From Marsupella aquatica (taxonomy: Eukaryota > Plantae > Marchantiophyta), in assembly GCA_973895155.1 (NCBI GenBank), contig OZ316891.1, positions 18,102,095 to 18,166,094 of the forward strand: a stretch of DNA of 64,000 nucleotides. The letters run 5' to 3'. Below the pieces are notes generated by a model that searched no databases, was not told where the DNA came from, and saw only the letters and a program-made list of their open reading frames with translations. Shown here one piece after another: positions 1 to 11,321 of the stretch (the first letter of the stretch is position 1; each line of letters opens with the position of its first letter). The position numbers were made by a program, and so were the translations under genes.

Positions 1-2
1 TG

Positions 3-1412
3 CAGATCCACCAACCCCGAGTAGTTCGTGAGAGAAGGTTCACCGATGCAGTTCATCAAACAGTTATGAATGGAGGCAGAGTTTTGATCCCTGCATTTGC
101 TCTAGGCCGCGCTCAAGAGCTTCTTCTTATACTAGATGAGTATTGGGAAGCCCACCCAGAACTCCATCACATACCAATTTATTATGCCTCTCCATTGGCA
201 AAGAAATGCATCCGTGTCTATCAAACCTACATAAATTCTATGAATGATAAAATTCGGAGGCAGTTTGAGGTATCAAACCCTTTTATTTTTAAACACATTT
301 CACCTCTCAAGAGCATTGAACAATTTGATGACGCGGGGCCTTCAGTGGTAATGGCGAGTCCAGGTGGGCTACACGGTGGGCTATCTCGACAATTGTTTGA
401 TATGTGGTGTCAAGATAAAAAGAGTGCTTGCGTGATACCTGGATACCTAGTAGAAGGAACCCCGGCAAAGGCCATCATGAATGAGCCGAAGGAGGTGGCA
501 CTGAACTCTGGGCTGGTAGTGCCTCTCAATATGAAAGTTCATTACATCTCATTCTCGGCCCATGCAGATTATACCCAGACAAGTGCATTCCTGAGCGAGT
601 TGAACCCACCCAACATCATCCTCGTGCACGGGGAGTCCAATGAGATGGGACGGTTGAAAGCAAAGCTCCAAACCCAATTTGCCGATACCAATGTGAAGGT
701 TTTGACTCCCAAAAATTGCCAGACAGTGGAATTGTTCTTTAAGGGTGACAAGACAGCCAAAGCTGTAGGAAGACTGGCGGAGAAAACCCCACAGCTAACG
801 GACCCTATGAGTGGACTCCTGGTTCGGAAGGGCTTTAGTTACCAGCTTATGACTCCAGATGATCTCCACAGCTATACACAGCTCTCTACTGGAAGTGTCT
901 TACAGAGGCAATCTGTTCCTTACAAGGGAACTTTTACAGTGCTCAGGCACAGGCTCCAACTGATGTATGAAGGAGTGGAAACTGTAGCGAAAACAGAGAT
1001 AGCCACACTTAAAGTCTATGACAAAGTGACTGTGATCCAAGAAGGAATGGATTACATAGTCTTGCAGTGGGTCTCCGATCCTGTGAGTGATATGATAGCT
1101 GATTCAATTGTTGCTATGGTACTCAAGCTAGATTCTCAAAGTTTTGGTGGAATTGTCTCCAACGGGTTTCGGGCGAAGGAGGCTCGATTGGAGAGAGATG
1201 AAATTCGGATTGTACACAATCTGCTGCTTTCATTATTTGGAAATGTCAAATTGGACGAGAAACAGCAGAAATTGACTGTCACAGTGGATGGAGCCGTGGC
1301 CACTGTGGACCACGCCAACAAGGGAATCGATTGTACAGATGAGAACTTAAAGGAGCGAATCAAGGTCGCTCTGCGCAGGATACAAACAGCCTTATATCCC
1401 CTGGATGCTTGA
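3..1412 (+). CDS. CPSF73-I: Cleavage and polyadenylation specificity factor 73 kDa subunit (CPSF73-I/CPSF3): beta-CASP, RMMBL and C-terminal domains; 5' part lies outside the window
   Basis: Frame is open from base 3 (QIHQPRVVRERRFTD...GGRVLIPAFALGRAQELLLILDEYW). SFSAHAD and VHGE motifs present. Stop at 1410-1412. No intron in the visible 1.4 kb. Confidence 0.95.
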   Translation, partial: QIHQPRVVRERRFTDAVHQTVMNGGRVLIPAFALGRAQELLLILDEYWEAHPELHHIPIYYASPLAKKCIRVYQTYINSMNDKIRRQFEVSNPFIFKHISPLKSIEQFDDAGPSVVMASPGGLHGGLSRQLFDMWCQDKKSACVIPGYLVEGTPAKAIMNEPKEVALNSGLVVPLNMKVHYISFSAHADYTQTSAFLSELNPPNIILVHGESNEMGRLKAKLQTQFADTNVKVLTPKNCQTVELFFKGDKTAKAVGRLAEKTPQLTDPMSGLLVRKGFSYQLMTPDDLHSYTQLSTGSVLQRQSVPYKGTFTVLRHRLQLMYEGVETVAKTEIATLKVYDKVTVIQEGMDYIVLQWVSDPVSDMIADSIVAMVLKLDSQSFGGIVSNGFRAKEARLERDEIRIVHNLLLSLFGNVKLDEKQQKLTVTVDGAVATVDHANKGIDCTDENLKERIKVALRRIQTALYPLDA

Positions 1413-1973
1413 CTCGATTACTGTAGCTGCTTTGATACATTGCTCTGATAGGATGTACATTAGTTTTCAGGATCAGTCAGCTGTGTTCTCCCACGGGGAA
1501 GCAGCAATTGAGCTTCTGAAGTCTAGAGTAGGAGTGATGGCAGAAAGACGTGTTCGCCTGATTGAGCCCACAATAAGCTTTATTCTCCCACCGGGAAGCA
1601 GCAATTTGAGCTTCTCAGGTATAGAGTAGGAATGATGACAGAAACCTGATTTACATACAATCTCAGGGACGATGGAGGTGGGCCTTTTGATGCCCAGTAC
1701 CAGGGACCCACTTGAATTGAGAGTAGGAATAGAACGATATCTGGACATCAATTCTGGAGCTTTGCAATGCTAGAATTGGGGCTCCATGAAGAATATAGGA
1801 CGCCGGAATTTGAAATTGTTTGAAAGTAAACTTTGAAATTCTTTGAACTCCATCATCTTCAAAATATGGAATGAAGGGCATCTGAATGGAGTGGTGGTCG
1901 AATGTCGGGAATCGGCATGACATGGCTTCTCTAGAGGCCATCTCTCACTCCGTTGCGTGAGAGGGAAGGAAAA

Positions 1974-2139
1974 GGGGCGCTCAATTTTGAGTGAGTACTA
2001 ACCCGTAACTGCAGTGTTATGAAGCGGTCAAAGTTGGTACCCCACTGGACTTATCTGTCGTAACTGGCTACTATAAGCTGGGTTACGGGAGCACTATTCT
2101 ACCCATAACTTTCCGCTAACACCCTACTTTGAGACGCCC
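1974..2139. mobile_element. Degenerate MITE (GGGCGT-TCAAA TIR family)
   Basis: Left end GGGGCGCTCAA, right end TTTGAGACGCCC followed by TA. Same terminal motif as the elements at 30579 and 55689. Left flank does not show TA. Confidence 0.4.
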
Positions 2140-3686
2140 TAATAAAGACAAAATTGAAATGAGGATGGACAAAAAACAAGGATGGGGCAAAGACTAACCA
2201 AAATAGTATATGTGCAAGATTTTTCTTCATATCTATTAATTTAAGTTCAAGGAACGGGTCATTGGGCTAGTAGGCTTGAAAGCTATGTTCTATGCTGAAA
2301 CTTGTCCACTGGATTTGGTTGGGAAAAGTTCTAATGTATGTCCACTCGTTCTTGTAAATCCACCCTAACCTCCAGTTTTTCTCAAGCATGAAGTGTTTTG
2401 TTGCAAAGGACTTCTGTGAACCCTACCTTGGGATTAGGGTGGTGCAAAAGCTGGTCACTTGAACTCAAATCACACTTGCTGCAGTGAAAACTGGTAATGT
2501 TGGGAGCCCTATGTTTCTTGGGATGACTAACTTCAAGCAAACTCTACACCAATGTTCACGAATCTGTGCCTGACATTTGGAAATGTGAAGAGACACACCC
2601 TCATGTCTTCTCCTTCATGATGAGTGGCACACAATAATGGGCAGTGTTGGATGGCAGTTCCCAATAGGAACAGAAAATTAGTTTCCCTGGTTGAGCTGAA
2701 CATGCATGACCAGGATCATTGAATCTTTCTTACTAGCATTATACTGATATATTTTGGAAATATTGAAGTTTTCATACTCACACAAAGGAAGTTTGACTGA
2801 ATGCTTCGAGGCCAAAATTCCAAATTACCCATCCATTTGTGGGGCCTCCTCAGGTTCTGCCCCTCTTCTGCAGTTTCTTGGAATGTAATTATTTGAAATC
2901 GCGCGCTGGAGGTAGCAAGGAAAATTCTGAATGAAAATCCTTGCAATACTTCACAAAGGCATTCTCCGTCTAATGTACGTTGAAATTGGCTCAATAGTTT
3001 ACCAAGTCATCTTCTTCTTGAAAGACTTTCTATAATAATAGTAATCTATATAAAAAAGCCAAGTCAACTTTTGTCCCATGCAGTCCAAAGGAGCAGGCAA
3101 TTGTTGTTTCCTATGGATAATAATAAGAAAAAGTTGAGCCGTGGGTGCTGCATGCATGAATGACCCACTGGTTTCATGAAAGTGGATGGGACAACTCACG
3201 CAAATCAGGGTGGGGATGAGGGCTGCTTTGAGGATGGCTAATAATTTTTTTGTTGGCACTGTACTAGTCTTTGAGCACCATTCTACTGGAAAACATTATC
3301 GCTCATGGTTGTCCATTTCTCAATTTCATCATCAAAAGGTGAGTTGTGAGGTTGTCTTCAAAGCTCTTCTTGTTGATACTTGTGCAGACTCGATGGGATT
3401 CAGATATGAATGATACTCAAACCACAGACACAGGCCATACAAGGATGGCAGAGAGTATCACGCTAGAGAGTATCAATTTCCTCACCTGACTGTGAACATC
3501 CAAGTTGAAGAGAATTGGATAGTTGGAAGACCGACTCACCAACGTGGTGCATCTTCCACATGAAGGACTCAACTGGAACCCTAAACTTTAATCACAACTG
3601 AAACTTTACTCAACTGGAATTTTAAGTCATTTGAACTTTAAAATAAAAAATGAAAATAGGAGAATGATATCTTGGCCTTGTGTTAT

Positions 3687-5119
3687 AGTCGCGGAACTTG
3701 ACTATCTTAACACTTAGCTCCGGCGTCGCTCACTCCGACGCCGAGCTCCCCTATGGTCCAGGCCCAAAACGGCCATCCGGGGAGGACTTAGCATGGGAAG
3801 ACTTGTGGGCAATGGGGCGTGGCATTGGCAAAGGCAAGGCGCTAAGCTGGTGATACACACTAAGGGCTTAGACTAGTTGAGGGCTAGTTGGGTCAAGAGG
3901 AAAGGGTTGGGCTCAAGGTCAACCGTCCGGACCTCCGGACAAACTTTGAGTTCCGAGGGCTTGAGTGAGAGCTCCTCTTGGGCCCAAGGCAAATGGAGTT
4001 TACTCCATGGGCAACAGACACTTGGGGCACGAGTTACGACCCGATCCGGGTTTGGCCGATCAAGGGTCCCGGGCAACAATGAGATCTGAGGTCCTAGGCA
4101 TGAGCACTGGGTTGGCCCGATCACAGCGGGCTAAGGCACTCCACTTACAGACGCCTAACTAGAAAGTTATGGGCATTGCCAGTTGGTGGCACGCCCAGAC
4201 ATGTGGGTTGTGGTCCAGGTGGGGGGCCAAAATTTGAGGACCAAAGTAGGTCCGGGGGTGACAGGTCTCCAAAAGCATATATAAGGGGAGTGGTGTCTCC
4301 CTGGGTGCTAAGGGCAAGCCGAAGTCGTGAGCCACGGTGGTCGCGACACTAAGGGAAAACGCCAAACGGAAATGGCGATAATTTCCCAACGGGAAGACCG
4401 TTGGAGGACTTCTTGGGTACGTTGGAAATATTCAAGGAGGACTACATCATCCTGAGCTCAGCTGGGTCTAGGGGTGCCATGGGTTCTCAGGGTTTGCGGG
4501 GGCTATTTTGCCTATTTGCCAAAACAGCAGCCAAGCCGCGTTCAGTCTCTCAAGTGAGTTCCAAGGGCACTTGGCCCCTAGACCATTAGTGGGGTGAGAA
4601 CCGGGAGTTGGTTGCTAGAGTTGGGGCCATTCTGGTCCCGATGTGTTGGGACAAGCTTTAGGACAAGCTATGCTATTTGGGCCATGAACATGTCCTGGGG
4701 GCAGGGCGGTTAATTGGTGATGGATAGGTACAAGGGGAAACCCGGGCTGCGCCCAAGGAAGGAGCTGTTATGGACAAACAGTGGGTGTTGTTTTTGGTTC
4801 CAACTTATGGCATTGGGAGGACCTATTGTTGACCTACTTACCAATGTCTGTTGAGCTTGAGTTAGGATACTAGACTTGGGAGATCTAGATCCTAAGGGGT
4901 TACTTACCGGAGTGCTTGGTTGCTTGTGCAGACAATGAGGGCCATTGAGCCATGGTCGTACTAGAGAGCGGGTGCAACTTTGTATGGGAGGGGTTGCAGG
5001 TGGTGTTAAGGGCACCAAGTTGCTTGCTCGAGGAGTTCTATGGAGGCGTCCGTGCACCGAGGGCACTTAGGCGTGGGTGCTGGGATTGGTGAGGGTGCTG
5101 GGTGGCAAGGTCCACCACT
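3687..5119 (+). mobile_element. Solo LTR (1433 bp) with AGT...ACT termini
   Basis: Colinear along its whole length with the LTR at 62057-63583, which is followed by a PBS. Flanked by the 5-bp TSD GTTAT (3682-3686 and 5120-5124). Imperfect terminal inverted repeat, 11/14 match. TATA-like CATATATAA near 4276. Confidence 0.9.
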
Positions 5120-5369
5120 GTTATTTACTAAATGAAAAGTAGTAATTGTTCCCTACACATCCGGGATGGCAAGATGGTAGTCCTTGTTCCTAGAGTGTGG
5201 ATTAAGTATCTCATAACAAATGCAAGACCTTCAATTTGAGACTTTGCCATTGTTCTCTCCCCATTATTGGGTCTCGTTTGCTCTTGAGACCATTTTAATT
5301 TATTTTTGTTCTTTGACAATGTGATATATAAATTGTCTGTATAATTTGAGACAATCAAGTGTACAATAA

Positions 5370-6800
5370 CTAGCCCAGAGAGACATGGTTGTGTAGTAGC
5401 TAACTTGAGTGGAGATTGATAGATATTGGGTTCAGCTTTTGGGATTGACTCTTCCATTATCATAGGGTTTCACAGATTTTCCCTTAAATAAAAAAATTGT
5501 ACATAATCTGCTTTGCCTCAAAAACAGGAAAAAATTAATGAATGGGTGGTAAGAGGTTACCCAACAAGCCCAGAGAGGCATGGGTGTGTGGTAGCTCACT
5601 TGAGTTGAGGCTCATAGGTCTAGAGTTCAAACTTTGTGGCTTACAAGGATGATAACTTCATTAGTTATTAGTCAGTTCTTGGCAAATCTCAAAGAGGTCT
5701 CCAACATTATTAAAAAAAATGATGTTTTATGTATGGAAATTGTACGGACGTGTTGTTTGGCATCCAGTTTTTCTTGACATGTCAATTGGGTCTCTGAGAT
5801 AGGGGTGGGATTGTACGCGTTATGAAGCAACGGGCTTAAGAATCTTGTTGAATAGGGTTTGGGAATATTGCTCCATGTCAAAGAGAGTCTCCGAGATAAG
5901 ACATCATGTTAGAAATATTGCTCTATCTCAAAGAGCATCTTTGAGATAAGCCTCTCTCCTCCAAGATTCCAATATAATGGCAACTTCCATCTTGGAGAGA
6001 CTCTCTAAGATGGAGCTTGTACGTTCCCATATCCTGCAAACCCTGACATTTTCCAATAGAATGTTGACTCCCATCTTGGAGAGTCTCTCAAAGATGGATC
6101 TTAGTGGTTTCAAGGTCTTGTTGACCCTTCATTTTCCAATAAAATGGTGATTCCCATCTCAGAGACTAAGGCTCTTTCAGATGGAGCTTAGTGGGTCGTC
6201 TTGTTGACCATTCATTTTCCAATATAATGTTGACTCCCATCTTGGAGAGGCTCTTTGAGATGGAGTTTGTCTAATATTTCCATGTTTTCCCAACTCTTGG
6301 GGTTCTCCAAGCAACTCATCTTGGAGAGGCTCTCTAAGATGAGTAAGATTCTCCATGTCAGAGAGGCATCTGACTTCCACAATTAGCGGAGGATGAATGG
6401 TACCGACTCCCCCCAGTTTTTCCTAGAATGTTGGCTGCCTCTCTAAGATCCTCATTTGGGGGCGGAAATGACATATTAGTCATCTCATTAGTTATTAGTC
6501 ACTAATAACTAATGATATACTCATACTCCTGGCTTACTATTCCCTTTCTGTGGGGTTTCACAAATTTTTCCTTAAGTTTGTTCTTTAGAAAAAAAGGTTA
6601 CCCAACAAGCCCAAAAGGCATGGTCACTTTAGTGGAGACTCATAGGTTTAGGGTTTTGGGTTCAAATGTTGTGACTATGGTAGTTCACTTCACAGTGGAG
6701 AGAGATAGATCTTGGTTCAAATATTGTGATTTGGCCCTACCCTTTGTATGGGGTTTTCACTGATTTCCCTTGATTTCACTCAAAACAGGGAAGGAAAAAA
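5370..6800. repeat. Decayed repeat cluster: three tRNA/SINE-like units (~5370, ~5560, ~6600) and a degenerate satellite (~5885-6365)
   Basis: Recurring AAGCCCAGAGAGGCATGG...TGGTAGCTCAC...GGTTCAAA motifs. Recurring CTCCCATCTTGGAGAG...CTCTAAGATGGA units. Confidence 0.55.
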
Positions 6801-7191
6801 AGAAAGAAAGAGGTAACCCATCACATGTGTGAGGTGAGTTTTTCATTTTCTGGGATTTCCACTGGTCTGAAGGTGAGAGAATATTTGTGCAGGAGCCAAG
6901 GCCACGATTTGATTTTAGCCGTCCAGGTGGGAGAAATGTAGTGGCATCATCAGAGACCGAAAGCTAGCTTTGCTGTGCTTGCTTGCAGGAGCAGAAAGAG
7001 TAATAAAACGAACGGGATGCACGGGAGAAAGATGATTGCATGATTGCTTGCTCGCTCTCTGAAATTGCCATTGGCAGAGCTACAAGGTCCTGTTGGCAGA
7101 GAGAGGGAAGCAGAAGGAGGACGACAAGAAGAAGACGAGGGGGTCGTGGTTGATGAGAGGAGATCAGAGGGGAAGCGGATCGGAGCGAAAG

Positions 7192-7419
7192 ATGGGTGCC
7201 GTGACAACAGCTGTGATTGCGGTGATTGGGTTGCTGTTGGGATGGGCAGCAGTGGAGGTGGCTTGCAAGCCGTGCTTGGAGTCGGGCAGGGCTGCCATCA
7301 ACAGAGACTTGGATCCCAACTACGACCCTGATGATGATTTGCCCGGTGGCCGTGATTCTCAGTCTTCAGAGGGCCCCTACCATGAAGCCCCAGCCCCCAA
7401 GCAGCCCAAGGAGGTGTGA
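7192..7419 (+). CDS. OEP7: Chloroplast outer envelope membrane protein 7 (OEP7/OM14-like), 75 aa
   Basis: MGAVTTAVIAVIGLLLGWAAVEVACKPCLESGRAAINRDLDPNYDPDDD: a single N-terminal TM helix with LGW..E...KP and a DP..DPDD acidic tail, typical of OEP7. Confidence 0.85.
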   Translation: MGAVTTAVIAVIGLLLGWAAVEVACKPCLESGRAAINRDLDPNYDPDDDLPGGRDSQSSEGPYHEAPAPKQPKEV

Positions 7420-10400
7420 TGATGACTCCCCTTTCGGTGGATTGCCTCACTGGCTTCCTCTTGCCTCTCTATTTGATTGATTTTGGTTTTGTCAAATGCT
7501 GCCAGCAACTTTGGATGGGAACGTCCTTTGTCTCTCTGTCAAACCTCCTTCTCCTCAATTGAACCAGTCAGTTCATTATAGGCTGCCAGCCATCCCAACA
7601 ATTTGGGGGAAGGCTCCTTGTCCTTGTTTCACACCTCCTCCCTCTTCCATTCATTCAATCTGGTCGCTGTGGAATGGCTAGACATCAGATACATGGGCAA
7701 GTCCTCATTGATATCTCTGGTTTTGTCCAGCCGACCCAACGAATTGCATGGCCAGGCTCTCTGTTTGTATCAAACCTTCTCCTCCTTACCTTTGTTCAAC
7801 TCTTTCATCATGTAATGTCGAGCCATCGGACACGTAGGCAACAGCGTCACACTCGTGAGAAGAAAGGCATGTTCGGTCTGCTCCTCAGTGGGTCGGAAAG
7901 CTTCTGAAGGGAGATCTTTAGAAACATCTGAGAAAACCCTGCCGTAATTCTAAAGTGACGAATCGGAAAGCATTTCTTAGCACTTGGGTTTCGCATTGTT
8001 TGAGGAAAAGTCCTAGTTGTTGAAGCACCTTCACGTCCCTTCTGGATAGCAATGCTCACTTGTAGAATTGCCGCCGAAAAGATTTGTTGGAGGAGTTGAG
8101 CATACTCGTCAATTTCACAATCAAGAGGCGATTAGTTAACAGTGAATGTGAATGTGAATAATACGTGAGTAAATGTGCTCTAGTCATTTAGGGTTTCAGG
8201 TGACGCTTTCTTGAGTTTGAATTTGGGTCTGGTTGATCTGAGTTAAATGTCGTGAGGAGCCAGTTTAGGAATAACTGTGTAGCAGAGGATGTCACGGAAT
8301 ATTGTTTTGCATCCTCCAGTGCAATGTTCGGTGCTCGATGCTCCTGCCAGGGGTATGGATGTTTCAGTTTAACATTTTAGGGGAAAATCGGTTGTCGAAG
8401 GTGAAAGCGTCTGCGATAATTAGCCGTGTGTTCAGCTCCTGTTCGTTATGACTGCAAAGGGACACACTCAGCGGTCTCACCATGTGGTCATTTTTTTGAG
8501 CTGTGTCATCGTAGATTTAGCGCCTTGTAGACTTCAGAACTCAAGATTCTCTCATTCTAGCTGTCGGTTATAACATGAGTTTAATGGTCCTTCAGCCGTA
8601 AGCATCCTCTCATGATGTCCACGTTATTCTGCCGTGCCCCTGCCCCTGCCCCTGCCGCTGAGCTTGCAGAAAGAACAGTACGGTTTAAGTGGAAAGCCCA
8701 CCACAGGCTTGGAAACAAGTCTGCGGAACAGTGACGTTTCCTTGAAATTTGGAGAGAAATGAAGAGTGCGAGGAGGGGCGAATGTTTTGGAGCGGGTCTC
8801 CTTTGGGCAGATTTTCAATGCATGTGGTCCTCAGTGAATCACAGTGGCTTCATCTGATGCGAAGGTCGGAATTTCTTCCGTCCAGCAAGATTGATAGCAA
8901 ACACTGCTCTTGTCCAGAGCAGTGGCTTTTTACGTCTGGGTCATCTTACAGCTGTGGTTTTCCTTGAATGGCAGGTATAAACTCTGGCAGATGAATCAAG
9001 TGAAGACAGTTTGCTCTTGTCTCGACGACTCTTTTCTAACAGACACTGGCTATCAGTATGACCATCGATTATACTGATACTCCATTTTTGTATGAAGGAT
9101 CTCTACACGTACATATCTATGAGTCCTTGTCTGAAGTGCCTAATGGGAGTTCAATAACCAAGTAGGTATTGATTGTTACATGAACTTTTGTTTGAGTAGA
9201 AAACTTCGAGTCATCTGCACACTACAAGGTTCAGTAAGCCTCTCGGGTGCAACGCTGCCTGTGAAGTACATGTTTTTAGTAGATCGATCCAGGGTGTACA
9301 TAGCTTTTGTTTATCGAGCTTTAGGTAGCTGGACTCAGCAGTTGCCATAAGGAATCAAGAAGTGATTTCTTCAATTTGAAAGAACCATTCATCTATTTCA
9401 TCCAGATTTTATGAGCACCTCGCTCGGGGAAGGATACGGGGCTCGTAGGCTTAAAGCAACACAAAGACTCCAAAGTTTAAATCCGCTTTGGTATGAGTAA
9501 GGAGTCAATTTTTTTTGCATGTGTTAACGACTTGCAAATGTCCAGTTGGAGCTCTTCATGCAACTAAATTCCTTGTAGTCGTACGATGAAATGCGGATTT
9601 GGTTGTCATCACTGTGCACAAAATTGTGGTCCTTGTGTCACGTTGTCCCGTCTCATGACGTTTGTTGATCAGCATCCCATAGGTAATGCTTCATCATCTA
9701 GTTTAGCTTAAGTTGCATTATTGGACGATCAATCCCTTGAGATCTTAATTTGAGACGAATCTATACGAGGAAAGGGGCATGGTCTGGAGATAGCACGAAG
9801 TTTCATTTCTCTTACAAGTGAAAACAAGAACGACCTACAGATTAGTGAACAAATGGATTCGAAATGGAGATGCCCGACCCGATATCTTACCAGGTCAAAC
9901 CAAAAGTTGCGAGAAATTTGTTCGACGTTATAAAATCCTTGATAGATGACATCGATCTTGGATGGAAAGCATTTGAAGCCGAGCCATGTTTGAAAGGTCT
10001 TGAAGGGAATGCTTGTGTTGCAATGCGAATTTGCGTTTGTGTAGTGCTGGGCAGATAGAGTCTTCTGGTGATAGCGAATGAGCTCAACTCGCGAGTAGTG
10101 CAAGCAAACGAAGAGCAATATAGTGAAGATATGAGTTGTTCCTCTATATTGTAACTCTGAGCTCCATAGTGTACTAAAATGAATTTGAAGGGTGCAGGCT
10201 AAGCTTGTGGGATGATCAACTCTTCTTTTGATAAATTATGAGGCTCTGTTGGCGAGTAATGAAACTATGAAAGAGTAGATATTCCCTCGTTTGTAATCCT
10301 ACAGGTTTTCTCGACAGGTTTGGTTCTTTTAATGAGCAGAAACGCCTTTCTAAGCAGAAGAACAGTAGATAACTGAACAAAGAACATGTCCTTTCTTGAA

Positions 10401-11321
10401 TATAAAATTTTAGTTTTTAATTTCTAACTCAAACTCCTGAGTTGTTAAAGGGCGTGTCAAATGATTATTGAATTAACACCGACTAACACTACTAGTCTGT
10501 ATGCCAAATTATAGAATTCCAAACTATTTACAGGTAGAACGCTATCAGCTAAGGGTTCGAGTTGTAGAATATCCGACTGAGAGTACGCAGAACATTTTCC
10601 AAGACACTTGGGTCACAGTTGGCCTCCTCTCATTACAGAATATGGGGCCTCCTCTCATTACAGAATATGATGCCTTTAGCAGTAAAATTCCATCACCTCC
10701 CGATAACGTTCGAAACCATGTCTCAGCTGCAGGAACTACTGCTGCTCTAGATAGGTTTGAGCCAGTGAGTTGAGACATCCTTCAAAGTCGCTCTTTCAAA
10801 AAATTCGAGGCGTACTCCCGATTCATATTTGTGTTTGTCGTTCTCTAATCAAGAGCAGGAGCCAATACCACTATAGCCCACCGCAACCCAAGACAGGAAT
10901 GTCGAAATTCACACAGCGTGATTCTGATAAGATAATCCTCGCCATCGTTAGATAGCCAGTGCGACCATCAAATTTTGTAGACTACGTTCTCCCAGATGCA
11001 TAACTCGATGAAAGACAGGTTTTAGGATTATGAGATACACAATGCTGGCACGTCTTCAACCTGAATCTAAATTTCACCAGTACTTCTCCGAAGTGGCATG
11101 AATGCCTCTCAGCGATAGACTTTAAGACTTGGACGTTACATTGAGAAACTCACTCCTTTTTGAAAAGGTGGTTCAAATTTCAATATCATCTTTCACTGAC
11201 TAAGGCTATATATCCCACTTCAGGGTTCCATAGCCCTTTGCCTGTCTTGTCACTGATACACACAGATCATGACCTTCATTGGTTGCTGAAAGCCGATTCA
11301 CATGGTAGAAAATAGTAATAT

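Noticed and set aside
9729-10118. Short ORFs on both strands
   Set aside because: No recognisable domain or splice structure; lengths are compatible with chance.
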